Counted from the first letter of the whole stretch, positions 37,951 through 50,676 are shown. The stretch is 61,790 nucleotides of DNA, filler included, from Diploschistes diacapsis (GCA_023645945.1; 7 parts of 7 records of this genome joined end to end with filler, not necessarily neighbours in it), one strand, 5' to 3'. A program made the numbers and translations. The notes: generated from the sequence alone by a model not told the origin.

Positions 37951-39437
37951 GACAGACACGGTGACCAACTCCGCTCTATCCACCTAGGCAGATGACTGAA
38001 TCCAACACTAAACACACGCTAGAAGGTCAATGTGCTTCTAGTGCATTTCTAGCCCCCTTCTAGCGGCCTTTTAGAAGGCTTGGCAGAGCATCCAGCGGCG
38101 TACTTTGGCAGCCTGCAGATGGGCTAGCTCGATCCTCTTTCGACGTTGCATCGGCCGTTCGCAAATCAAGATTCAAGGAAATTTGCAAAAAGCCTAAGGT
38201 GCAAGAACTCCACATCCTCTTGCTATTGGTGTCGAAAATGAGCTCGTCGCTTAATTTGCCGATTGCGGTGCGGTAGATATCGTTGCATTCGGGAGTTTTC
38301 CCGCTCTCTCGGTGTCGCTGGCCGGGAAGTGTGGCTTTCCAAACTCCTGTGAAAGGGAGCCCCGCTTAGCGCTGATGGCATCGATAATCCTTGGAACGAA
38401 TCATCGGCCGAGCAAACGATTTCCTCAATTCTGATCAGAAGACAGAAAGGAGCTCGACGGAGGGAACGCTTCGCGGGATTTGTTATTGTTCAGCCCGCAA
38501 CGGCCGGACGACTGCCACCGACCTTCGCTGCTTCGTTAGACCGGCTCTACGGCCCTCATTAGTGTTGAAGTGTTAGCTTGCCTTCGTCCCCACAAAAGAC
38601 AGTGATCAATGCACTAAAGAGAATGGGCCGAGCTAACAGTTGAACACCAATAAAAAGACTGTATGGGCTCCTCTCATTTACGGCGCTCATTGAAAGCGAT
38701 CAGCCTTATGAATACGTGCAACGTTCCTCGGACATTTTCTCATCTCGCCTTGTCCATTCAGCGTCCTCACCAGCCAACACCAGCAAACCAAGGAATTCGC
38801 CACCCAAGAACTTCTCATCCGACAAGCTCCTGGAATCCCAGCGTGACCCCCTTCATATACGAAGGTAGTATTTACTATTATCCAGCTGCTGCAGTCCAAA
38901 CTCCAAGGGAAGAGCACCCGGGAGCGAAAAACCACACAGGTGCATCGGCACCGGCTCGTATCCCGCCGAACCATCGCCGCTCTCTCATCTCCGTCAAGGG
39001 CTACATGTGTACCGACTCGTCCTCATCCAACCCTCAGCCTCAGCCTATCCTGTAGCTTCCGCCAGAAACCACCGAATGGTCCTGCAGCAGAGGGCCGAAC
39101 CTCTGGATGTTTACAGCGATCGAGGTTCGTTGCCGATCCCTCCGCTGGCTGCCGCGACGATAGTCTCCGCTCTCCCAACGCTTTTGTTCTGTTCTTCCCG
39201 GCAGTCGATATGATCCTGAACTACAGTGCGCTGGTGATGTACGATGAATATACACAATATACACAACCCGGCTCTTGGATTCGAGGTTCATCCGTAACGA
39301 GGGCCGTGAGTAGACGCCGTAGCGTACTATGTATGTGNNNNNNNNNNNNNNNNNNNNNNNNNNNNNNNNNNNNNNNNNNNNTTAATTAATTAANNNNNNN
39401 NNNNNNNNNNNNNNNNNNNNNNNNNNNNNNNNNNNNN

Positions 39438-40610
39438 ATTCTATTATAACGTTTATGGGCGCCGTTTTTATTTATATTTTGTTGAACTAAACCGCTAGAC
39501 CAAAAGATGCGTGTCCACTTAGTTAGCAGCAGTTCGTGTTTATATTCCAACATATTTATATCGAACCATTATCTTTACTAACTTATACGTTATAAGTTTA
39601 AAACTGAATTGTATCTATTTAACGATTAAATTCTTTAATAAAAAATTAATCTTCGTCGTCGACGGCCTTTGTTTATCGGATATTATTATTAACGGTTATA
39701 TCATCCCCTATCATCTACAATAATCGAGAGAAAGTCTCTTATATTAAATTCAGGACGAGGTTCAAATTCAAAACGAGATTCAGATTTAAGTCGAGGTTCA
39801 GGTTTAGGTTCAAGTTTAGGTTCAGGTTTAGATTTGAATTCAAGTGTATATTAAGACGGAGTAGGATTCATTCGTGTTGGCAAAAATACGCGTTGCGAGG
39901 ATGACGGGGTCGGCTGCGAAGGAATCTTACACTTTTGTTTTTATCGTAAACGCCTTCTCTGGACTCGAAGTTTAATATTATTATAACGTTTAAACTGGTT
40001 TTAAAATTAATTATATCTTAAAGACGATAATACCTTAATACGGATATTATTAAACGCGTTATCGCTATTATTAAAAACTCCTTAACTTAAAAATTAATAT
40101 TAATTTTTTTTAAAAACCGTCGCTTTCGACGTTTTAATTTTAAATTAATCGTAATACCGGAGTTATTAATTTTAATAATTTTATAACGTCGACGAATTAT
40201 TATTTAAACGATATCACACCACTATATAATAATATAAAAAAATACGTTATTTCGAGATTCGCGATATAAGTTTTCGTAAATCGATTATTAACGAATATTT
40301 AAAATTAATTTAAATGGTTTAGATACCGTATAATAACCACAACCATAAATATTAGAAGATATATTAAAAATAATAGATAAAAAAACTACGGGCGAGAAAC
40401 GTAAACACGACGGACGAGAAAATGTAAACACGACAAGATATTTAGTTCAATTCAATTCAGCTTAGTTTAATTCAGTTTAAATTAATTATAATTCAATTCG
40501 ACCAATTAATATCCTTAATCACGACTTTTGGAGTTAATCTCTTATCTATGGTTTTTTCTGTGCCCATAAACACACTAATATGCCAATATAGTCCTGCGCT
40601 TCGCTTAGGA
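39438..40610 (-). mobile_element. AT-rich, RIP-like decayed non-autonomous Helitron2/FoHeli-like element (far end at the contig break)
   Basis: The minus-strand terminus TCCTAAGCGAAGCGCAGGAC forms a hairpin. A 12-bp subterminal repeat sits 39 nt inside (40560-40571) and recurs inverted at 39451-39462. The interior has 5-, 6- and ~21-bp tandem repeats. The terminus is shared with the element at 44191. Confidence 0.6.
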
Positions 40611-41323
40611 ATAATATTTTAATATTAAACGTTCGATATTCATCGTTTACGGCGTATTTATTAAATTAATAGTAGCACGTTTATTATTTATCACAATTAA
40701 TGCGAACGTCGCGCGAGTTACGTGACTCGGTTGATCACCTGTAAGCATAATTAAATACAGCGAATGGTTGGGACGTATTAAGGTAGGAATCTTGGATCGT
40801 AATACTGAATAGGTCGAGTTCAAGCATACGCTCGCGGGGTTAAACTGGGTCAGGATCCAAAAAGGAAGCAAGAACATTTTAGACGCGTCAAGTAAGATCA
40901 ATCTATGGAATGTAGCAATGTTCGAGAGTCCCGTGGCATTCAGAAGCTCAGTCCCTTGATACTTCAACGCAAAGACAGGATGACAAATAGCCTCACATTT
41001 CATAGATGAGTGAAGTAAGGACAGTCCTTTTAACAGTATATTGTAAGTTTCAGATTATTGTCAAGGAGTCGCCGGTTAAGGTGTTCTGCGCCAGGTAACC
41101 ATAGCCTACACGCGTTACTCTCTTTCCTTGAGATGCAGTTCCCAGAGCCAGAAATATAACATATATTTTTCATATACAAAGCGTGAACCGACAATGGTCA
41201 CTTGACCATAGGATTGCTGCCCGACCCAAAATTTTAATAGCCATTCGTCTAGGAACCTGCCATGAACGCCCACCGCGCAAATATAGCGCTTTCCTCTCCT
41301 GCTGTTTGAGTACTTAAGCAGAC

Positions 41324-43311
41324 TTATATCTCTCGATAATCCGTGGGTCGAGGAATATTGCGCCTGTTTTGATATCTGTGGGGGTTGACTGGAGATCTGA
41401 AATAAGCGTTTTCCTCTGGGTTTGGCCTCGAGGCATTAAAAGTCCGAAAGGGTTGGGTTGGATTCCCTCGTAGATTCTGACGGTTCCCTCTTCTTCCTCC
41501 ACCAAATGACTGGCTCTGGAAATCCGGCACATTGATTCCCTGTGAAGTCAAACCTGGATGAGAAAGAGGACTGTACATCGCATTCATTGCCCCAAAGGGG
41601 TTGAAGATGGCCATGGAATCCCACATCATAGGCATCATATTCATCATTGGACCAATAGAAGTAGAAATCCCTGCAGGGAGTCCAGGACTTGGGTTATTAG
41701 ATGAAGCTTGAATAGCAATTCCCTTATCAACAAGGGCTCTTGGCCCTCGAGGAGGCTCTCTATCTCGCAATTTAGCCGAAGCTAGGTCTTCACCTGGTCC
41801 CGTAATATCATTGACAGTAGACACAGACATGACTGCAGGGGATTTTCGGTTGTTTTCTGGTTGTGCATCTGCTTTGCGCTTTCTAGAGGCTAATTCTGGT
41901 GGTGAACTTAACGAAGCGGCCTGCCCAATATCAGGTGTAAAGTGATCCTGGGGAGCGTCTGTGGCTTGTAATACCGGATTTGGGATTGTGAGGGATGGTT
42001 GCTCTATGCTACTTTGAGAAGAGTCCGCTGGAGCTATGGCTTCAGTAGAAGCTCTGTAAGACTGCCGTTGGGCTGCATAGTCTCTTCTGTTCTTAAAATT
42101 TTGGACTTCCACCGCCTTTTCATCAGCTGGCATAAGGTTATCAATAATGATTCCCTCGCGTCCGCAGTTTGGACATCTCAGATCTTCGTCCAGAAGAGCG
42201 TTCGTGATGCATTCTTTGCAATATATAGACTGGCAGCATGGTGTCTTCGTAGGCTCTACAAACAGACGTTTGTCAATAGGGCATTCCAAGCCCATGTATT
42301 GAAGCTCTCTGCTTCCCCGGGCTTCTTCTTCCTGCGCAGCTGCAGACTTATTCGCTTTTTCTTGATACTTGTTCCAGGTCGCCTGATCCGGCTTTACAAT
42401 GACATAATTTCCATCCCCATCGATCATTGCACCCACCGGTAATTTGGAGCTATCGACATTGCCGTCTATTCCGAGAAGTGTCTTCTTGTCAATAATCTCC
42501 AGTCTCGACCGAGGAATGCCAATGCTCTTTTTGATACGTCGGTTGTCATCGAAATCTGGGTTACCATTCTGTGGACAGTCTTTGATCCAGTGTCCTACAG
42601 AATTCTTAGAAAAGGTTCCTTTTTTAACACGTTAAGTGGCCAACTTACCCTTGACGCTGCAACGATTACAAACATACCATTCGGGAGGCGCGTTATCTGC
42701 GCTGGTAGGCTTTGGCCTATAGTTCGTACGTACAGGAGCAACACTATGCAAAGTCAGGAGGTCGTCTTGCCCAGCTTATTTGGAGCTCTTACGAAGCCAT
42801 TTCCTTCTGTTGGTTCTTCCACATGTCCGCACCCAACTTCAGCACAGCTTCTTCCCTTTGCTTTTCAGATGGTAACTCAAAAATAGCCGAAGCAGCTGCA
42901 GAGGTATTAATCCCGTTCTGCTGGTCATGTCTGGCACTGGCGGTTTCCGCCCTCTGTGTATTTTTTGAGCTAGCTGGAGGCTTTCCGGATACGTATCTTG
43001 CAGCACCTCCACGCCCAGGCCGTAACGCTGGTTGTCGCTTGGCTATTACGATAGTAGATCGTGGAATTATCTCAGTATCGTCATCATAGACTAGTTCTAG
43101 GTAAGTAGCCGTATTCATATCAGCGCTTGACCAGCTCACCATCCGGCCCGTCAGAAGAATTCAGGGTCAGTTCGAAGTCGCTTCCATCACCCAAATTACT
43201 CTTCTCGATAATGGCTCGCTTGAGCTCAAAGACAGATATACCCATTCCATCGAAAGTAATACGAGATGGCTCCTTCTGTGACTTGAAACGATAGAATACT
43301 GAAGAGGCCAT
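41324..43311 (-). CDS. MPE1: mRNA cleavage/polyadenylation factor Mpe1 (RBBP6-like; DWNN + zinc knuckle + RING), 3 introns
   Basis: MASSVFYRFKSQKEPSRITFDG (DWNN), YDDDTEIIPRST, CNRCSVKGHWIKDCP, RIKKSIGIPRS, CPIDKRLFVEPTKTPCC...CPNC and terminal RPTDYREI. Confidence 0.93.
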
Positions 43312-44212
43312 GTTGCAGGCTGTTCACAAACCCGAGACTGCGTTGCTTGGATTATCAAATATCGCCCTAGACTGGCTAACAGCGCAGAGAGAGAAGGGCG
43401 ACTTGGCGATAAGGCTTAAGTCGTAAGGAAGACTATAGGCTTGGATAAGGATTAAGGTTTAGCACCTAATGAATCGTTGAGTCCGAATGAGCTCTTTGTT
43501 CGAGAAGATAATGGCGAACAACAGGACGACTGAGGTGGGAGAAACTAGCCTCCCCGGAATGGGAACACCCTTGCATTCAAATTCCAGGCAGACCATTTAA
43601 ATCAATAGTAGAAACGTCTTCCAATTACTCAGGCCAAACCTTGAACCTCTAGATAACATGTGCTGTAGTCACCAAGACATTACGAGCCAGACTCGTAGGA
43701 TTTTTGTCGCTAAAACAATATCGATCTGTTTTCCAGCTTCACATCCAATATCATATGCCTGAATACCTGGACATTGCGCAGTAAAAGTCCAAGGGTGCAA
43801 ACAAAGACGTCGAAGGTGACTTCGAAAACCTGGTGTAGTATGCAGGTTTGGTAAATTTTGAAGTGAAGACGATAGTCAAAAAAAGAAGATCTCAAGCAAG
43901 ATGGTGATAAAAGATGATTGCAAATATGAATAAATGGAACAAGGTATTGGAAAATGTAAAAAGGTCATCGACTCAGCCCGATTCAACCTTAGTAATAATG
44001 TGTTTAATGGTGATTCCGGCCACCGCCAGATTCTAGGCACTGAATATTGTGGTTTTTATTATTCTTTCGATTTTACTCGAATATCGGCGTCGTCTAAAAA
44101 TAGTTCTATATTGTTAAACTTTATTAATCACGCCTATTTATTAATAATTCCTATTATCAGTTAAAAGTAAAATTACCCTAATGACTTTGTTCCTAAGCGA
44201 AGCGCAGGACTA

Positions 44213-44425
44213 ACGTGTTTCACCACGAAACGGATCATCACCCCACGAAGCGGATCATTACATTATAATGTAATTGCGCTAGATCGAGCGCTTCCATATT
44301 TGTACGAAGCTAAATCTATTTTCAACCACATTACCCCGTTCTTCGGCCTTTAAGAAATATACTTTACGAAGGTGCAGGAATTGTGTTCCGCTTCGTGGGA
44401 TGATCCGTTTCGTGGTGAAACACGT
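44213..44425. mobile_element. 213-bp MITE, Tc1/mariner (Fot1/pogo-like) type
   Basis: TA|ACGTGTTTCACCACGAAACGGATCATC...GATGATCCGTTTCGTGGTGAAACACGT|TA. Perfect 27-bp TIR core. The empty site is visible in the paralogous terminus near 40587-40590. Confidence 0.92.
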
Positions 44426-44552
44426 TATATTTGCATATTAGTATGTTTATGGGCGCAGAAAAAACCGTAGATAAGAAATTAACTCCGAAAGTATCGTGTC
44501 AAGGGTTTGATTGGCTGAACTAAATTAAACTATTACGTGGCATCTTTTTAGA

Positions 44553-44780
44553 TTTACTACTTTCGCATTTATTACTTTTAAACTTACTACTTTCGCACCT
44601 ACTGCTTTCAAACTTACTACTTTCGCATCTACTGCTTTCGAATCTACTGCTTTCGAACCTACTGCTTTCGCACCTACTGCTTTTGCACCTACTTTCAAAT
44701 CTACTGCTTTCGCATCTACTGCTTTCGCATCTATTACTTTCGCACCTACTGCTTTCGAATCTACTGCTTTTGAACCTACT
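44553..44780 (+). repeat. 15-bp minisatellite (CTACTGCTTTCGMAY), about 15 copies
   Basis: Direct tandem units that differ mostly by transitions. Confidence 0.9.
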
Positions 44781-45517
44781 AATTTCACTTTTATTTCCGT
44801 GTTTGACGGGGAAGTGGGCCACCCCTAGAATTGAGCCACTTTTGCCAAGAAATATTTTTAATCTTTAATAATTCTTCGAAATTAGCCGTTAAATTTTTTT
44901 TTGAAATACTCTTTTTCGATCATTTTTTTATTATATTTGAAAAGTGCACATTGATTATGTCNNNNNNNNNNNNNNNNNNNNNNNNNNNNNNNNNNNNNNN
45001 NNNNNTTAATTAATTAANNNNNNNNNNNNNNNNNNNNNNNNNNNNNNNNNNNNNNNNNNNNGTTAATAACAGAAACCCCCGATACAGGGCAGCTTCAGGT
45101 ACACACCACGTTTAGAGCCACTGTCGCATGAATGAAAGTGATTTGCCCCGGCCGGGAGAGGTGTGAGACTTTTGGGCATGTGCGTTCACAACTGTTTTTT
45201 GCTTTCCTCGAGATAATACACGTACGTACGGGCTTTGTAGCGGTGCTCCCCTTGGGGTTTCATGCTCTGCGAGCAAAAAGCAAAAAACAAAAAGCAAAGG
45301 GTATGTATTGATTGTCCCCTCTCCATCTTTTTTGTCTAGAATATATAGTACAGGTACACGCGCCCGCCCATCTATCCGCAGCATGTGGCTCGCAGCTCGT
45401 CACGCAGGGCTTTTGGGTCTCGTCCAGCGCTTTCTCGGGCTCTCGGGTAGTAGGGTAATTACATAGTTGCTTGTTGCGCCATACGTGGTTTGGTTTGAGT
45501 GAAGGTCGCAGGCTGAT

Positions 45518-47133
45518 CTATAGCCGGCTGATGATGGCTTCCGAGTAGTCCTTGGTGCCGGCCTTGCCGCCTAGGTCGCGGGTGATCGTCTGCGCGGGAG
45601 CAGGTTAGCAGCGCTTCTGAGTTCCGAGATACGGGTTGTAGAAATTAAAGCTTAGATGATAGAGAGGTCGCTTCCATTGCCACGTCTTGCCATATCCACA
45701 AGTAGCTTTCAGGAGTCTTGGATCCTCACACAAGAAAAAGGGATATGAACACCAAACAGACGTACCTTTCCCTCGGCCAGTGTGTCGAAAATGGCCTTTT
45801 CTATTCTCGCTGCATGATCTGAGAGACCCATGTGCCGTAGCATCATGATACTACTCAGCAGCAGCGCGGTGGGGTTGGCGAGACCCTTGCCTGCAATGTC
45901 GGGCGCGGAGCCGTGGACTGCTTCCATTATAGCAACCGACTCGCCGATCTGACGTTACAATGTCAGCGAGACTCCAAAGGGCGACGGGTATAAGGAAAGG
46001 GAGATATAGTAGGAAAGGTTTAGCGGAAGCGAGAGTGATAGCTTACGTTAGCGGAGGGTGTCAGTCCAAGGCCTCCGATGAGGCCGGCGCACATATCTGT
46101 TATACTTGTCAGAAAACATTGAACAGCCATAGCCCTGCTCTAGAGCGCACCAGACAGAATATCCCCGTAGAGATTCGGCATAACAAGCACCTTGTCCGCA
46201 TACGGCGCCGGATCCGTGGTGATCTTCAGGCACGCATTATCCAGCAGCTCCGCATCAAACTCCACTTTGGGAAACCCCTTGGCCACATCCCTTGCCGTCC
46301 GCAAAAACAGGCCGTCGCTCATCTTCATGATCGTCGCCTTGTGGACCACCCTGACCTTGAGCTTGCCCACCTCCTCCGCGTACTGGAATGCGTACCGCAG
46401 CACCCGCTCGGACGCCGCGCGCGTGATGAGCTTTATGCTCTGCACCACCCCGTCGACCACCACGTGCTCGATGCCACTGTATTCGCCCTCCGTATTTTCT
46501 CGGATGAGCACCGTGTCGACGTTGTCGTAGGGGGTCTTGTAGCCTGCTATGCTCTTGCACGGTCGCACGTTGGCGAATAGGTTGAACGTTCTTCGCAGGG
46601 TCAGGTTCAACGATACATGGCCCTTGCCAATCGGCGTTGCGAGCGGGCCCTTGAGCGCAACGAGATTGCGCTTGACGCTGTTGATGGCCTCCTCGGGTAT
46701 CACTGTACGCCCGTCTTGGAGCTGGGGGGTCACGTCTACCGGTTCCCATTCTACCGGAGCTTTGGCGGCGCGGAATATATCTTTGACCGATTGCGAGATT
46801 TCGGGACCGATGCCGTCGCCTTCTATTAGGGTAACGGTGTAATTGCCCTAGAGAACGCGAGGATAAGCATTTTGGGTATCAAGGATAAAGTGCGAGTGGT
46901 TGCAAGTTGAGGCATCGTAGCGGGACGTACATTTGGGTTCTTCTGGCCCTTGAATTTGGCGACCTTGTCTTTGTCTGATATATACCGTTTAGACTGAATC
47001 TAGACCATATCAGCCACCGCTAAGCTATCGAGGGAGCTTCCTCGCGAACCTGGGAGATTGTCGCCCACCGTTGCGCGGAGCCTTTACGGACGCATTGCCT
47101 CGAGCACGATGCTAACGAGCGACTTGCGAGCAT
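45518..47133 (-). CDS. IDH2: Mitochondrial NAD-dependent isocitrate dehydrogenase catalytic subunit, 5 introns
   Basis: Presequence [13 protein letters not shown], then [60 protein letters not shown] and [18 protein letters not shown]. Confidence 0.95.
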
Positions 47134-47461
47134 CTCGAGGACTGTAGTTAGGTCTCAGAAGCTTGCTGTATAGGTAACTGGCCAAGTTAAAGAAATAGCG
47201 GGATGTCGTCGAAACAAGGCGCAAAAGAAACCAGGCTTTGCATGTGGTCTGTTTCTGTTTCTGTTGCATAAAGTTATGTTACAGCCTTACAGGGGAAGCT
47301 GTTGCTGCCCGTTGGGAATCGGCGGCGGAAGAAGATGTCACCGACTTTCTAATACCGGACGCTTCGTCTTGTCTGATGCTGTTAATATGTGGAATAACAG
47401 ATGAAAAGTAGCATGAGAAAGCCATCTGACGAGAGAATCCGGCATCTCTGCATTCTTATGA

Positions 47462-50400
47462 ATGCTTAGCATGGGAGACAAAAGTGAAATCTTAGCCCAC
47501 TATGGCGTATCCAATGCTTTTCCGACCTCGTGGCCTACTGGAAAAGACGACAGTGATGGCTCCGAGGTTGAGAGTGAGCCGAATTCAAAACCTACCACAA
47601 GAAAAGGCGGAAATGTTCGGCGGTCAAAATCGAGGTATACCGTTCTAGAAAAGAATTGGGCAGATCGGAAAAGTTTGGTACCAGGCGCACAGAAGACTCG
47701 AGAGGGAGCCGACAACCTCGTGCAGAGGGACGAGCCCGATGCGCTGGGGTTTTCAGATAGCGTAGTAGGGGAACTAAGGCTGAAAGGGCTTTCAGTAGAA
47801 GAGGACCAAGGGCTTCGAAATCGGTTTCTGTTATCATCCACTACGTTCGCCCCGGCCATGTATCTATCCCTGGTTCACTCGGATGCGTCTACAAAGGAAT
47901 TAGTGCAAGGCTTGGAGTTTCTATCGAGATCGATTGACCAGAAATCCGCTTCCCTCAAAGTCTTGGTCGAAAATAATTTTGAGCGCTTCGTGAGAGCGAA
48001 AAGTGTGATTGACAACGTCTACACCGAAATGCGCAATCAAGGTAACGAAGTGGACCTCGACAGAGCTCGCCCTGTTTCGAAGCATCAGAGCAGAAGTAGC
48101 TTGCACTATCGGAACGTAAGTGGCCAGAGCATAGGAGGAAGACAAAGCGTGAAGCCACCGCAAACCGAGCGGAGAAAGCATGCTCTGACGAAGGAATCCG
48201 AGTATGGCGTCTATGGAATCAAGGCCCCACTGATAGACATAGTCGCCAAAGCCGAAGATGTCTGGGGTCCTGCCCTTGGTGGCAGAGAGCGCGAGAACAA
48301 TCTCAAAGCGGTCCTCGAGTCGATAGACCGATCCGAGGGCGTCATGGAGGTTGGTCTGGAGATTGCCGATTATATCAAGCGCAAAGACTACGAAGCACTC
48401 GTCAGGCAGTACGCAAAAGCTCGAGACTGCGTCAACTCTGCCCGGGCGTCTGCAGAGACCGCCACGAGGAGCGAGGTTCAGCTTACAGACTCCCAAATTC
48501 ACCAGATTGTCATGACCGCTCGAATGTGGCTCGACGTTGAAACACAGATCGATAACTTTAAGCGAGTGGTTTGGCGAGACTTGACCAGCGTACAGGCCAA
48601 CATGGCAATGTCTACCGACAGAAGCCACCAAGACGACTATGTTGCCTTGATTAGTGTGCTTCTACAGCTCGGCGTCGAGGATAACCCCATCTGGATATGG
48701 CTACTGAGTCGCTACGAATACCTCAAGAATAAGATCAATTCTACCTTTGAGCGGTTGAGGGTTGAGATCGAGGTTTGCCGAAGACGTCTGGCGAGTGCAG
48801 AGAAGCCAAGTCTTTACTCTTTAGCCATTCATTTCAGAAGTCCTACTCAGACTAGTGCAGAAGAGAAACTCAAGCATCTTGATACTGCTCCGATACTCGA
48901 ATTCTGGGAACTCATAGTGCATGCAATGGGTAATCTGTTATCTCTGCAGGGAGGTGTCCTGAGTGAAATTATTGATTTCTGGGATAAAGCGCAGTCTTTT
49001 ATCGATGGAAAAGCCCAGCGGACATTGCCTACTGGTATCGATGGTAGCAGTCGCCGATTTCATAAGCTATCTCCAGATGATGTACATGCTCTTCAGAGGG
49101 GCGCCGTTGAATTGATTGACGCGCTGCGAGAGAATATCTTTTCTTTCTTCGCCGACCCACCCATCGACGATATCTCTATGCTCTTCTCGCCAGTCCCTAC
49201 AGAATCCCCAAACACCCCGAGAACTCCGCGGTCTGCTACATTATCGCCCTTCTCAAAGCCCGACCAGCGCTTTAACATCGACTTGCTGAGCCCACCTCCT
49301 CCGTCACCGAGGACAAGCGAACCATGGGCGGCCTTCGCATTCTGGCCGCCATACGCCAACTCACTAAGCGGTGTGCATTACTTGGGAAGGCTTCTCCTGC
49401 TTCTTGCAACGGCCGCGAGCGAGATGGCAGCCCTTCCACCGATAGCTTCTGGCTCGTCAGGTCCGAAGAAGTTGAAATTATTGCTGAATGCGGGCCGAGA
49501 AAGAGCAGCCAAAGCGATCTGCGCAGCCTGGAGCAACGACGCACAATCCTGCAAGGTCCTCGAAGATTGGACTCGAGGGTCAGATAACAAGGACGTGACT
49601 CGGATGCCTTCCGACTTTGCTGCTTTTGAGGGCTTCGTCCTGTCAGGATTGCAGAAGATCCTGTACATTCCGGAAGCTGCGATGACGAGGAGGATGTCTA
49701 TGGATATCATCGCGCCTCCACCGAATACCCTACTGCAGATGGCTAGGGACCAATTCATGACTACTCTGTACAGGACACTCGAGGGAATGCGCGAAAACGC
49801 CGAGCGGCCTGTCAATACCGGACAAAATGTTTGGGCGAAGAACAGCGAGACCCAACTCAGAGGCCGGGCGGATGGCGCCGACTCCCTAGCCGAGAGAGGC
49901 ATGAGTGATGCGATCGACGCCAGCAGCAAGGTAAGCAGCCATTGTCCCTTTCTTTTCCCAATATTTTTTGCGGCTGCAACTCCCATGAAATCATAGCAAA
50001 AAAAAATAATTCTGCTAACAACCGACCGCAGTCAATCCGCCTCCTCCTAACCCTCTCCAACCTCACCCTCCTCCGCTCAACCATCATCCCCTCCCTAATC
50101 ACCCAGTTCGAAAACTCCTTCACCATCGCCCTGACCGACGCCCGCAAGACCATCGCCGAAGCCTCCTCCCGCTTCGACTCGGGCCTCTTCCAAGCCTATA
50201 TCCAGCCCCACGCCGACAACCTGCACGCCCTCATCACCGCCGCCATCGCCTCCCCCAGCTGGCCCCCGGCCGCAAACACAAAACCCGACACCGTCCGCCC
50301 CTACGTGTACGAAGTCCTCCTCGAGCTCGTCCGCCTGCACACCGAGCTCAGCACGACCGCCGAGCCCCTCGCCGTCCCCGTCCTGACCTCGCTCTTCGAA

Positions 50401-50464
50401 ACCATCTGCAAGGCCCTCCTCGACGCCTTCCGCGCCCGCGCAACCGCCTCCTCCGCCCTCTCCG

Positions 50465-50505
<41 letters not shown>

Positions 50506-50576
50506 CCAAACACCTCATCCCAGAAAACCCACGCCCACACCCACGCCCACACCCACGCCCACGCCCACGCCCACAG
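47462..50576 (+). CDS. SEC5: Exocyst complex component Sec5 (3' truncated), intron ~49931-50030
   Basis: FLLSSTTFAP, SIDQKSASLKVLVENNFERFVRAK, LGVEDNPIWIWL, CKVLEDW, RLLLTLSNL and VRPYVYEVLL. Confidence 0.93.
50469..50574 (+). repeat. (CAG/CAA)n and (CACRCC)n microsatellites in frame with SEC5
   Basis: These encode a polyQ run and a (HA/HT)n run immediately before the contig end. Confidence 0.9.
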
Positions 50577-50676
50577 NNNNNNNNNNNNNNNNNNNNNNNN
50601 NNNNNNNNNNNNNNNNNNNNTTAATTAATTAANNNNNNNNNNNNNNNNNNNNNNNNNNNNNNNNNNNNNNNNNNNN

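Larger units (their letters stand above)
44191..44961 (+). mobile_element. Second Helitron2/FoHeli-like element, interrupted by a MITE and cut by the contig end
   Basis: TCCTAAGCGAAGCGCAGGAC at 44191-44210 and GTTTATGGGCGC at 44445-44456. With the MITE removed, about 95 nt match the reverse complement of 40518-40612. Confidence 0.6.

Noticed and set aside
44520..44868. Repeat-protein ORFs (ESSRC/AKAVD/SHLLL repeats)
   Set aside because: They are translations of a 15-bp minisatellite inside a transposon-like element. There are no unique spacers, so it is not CRISPR either.
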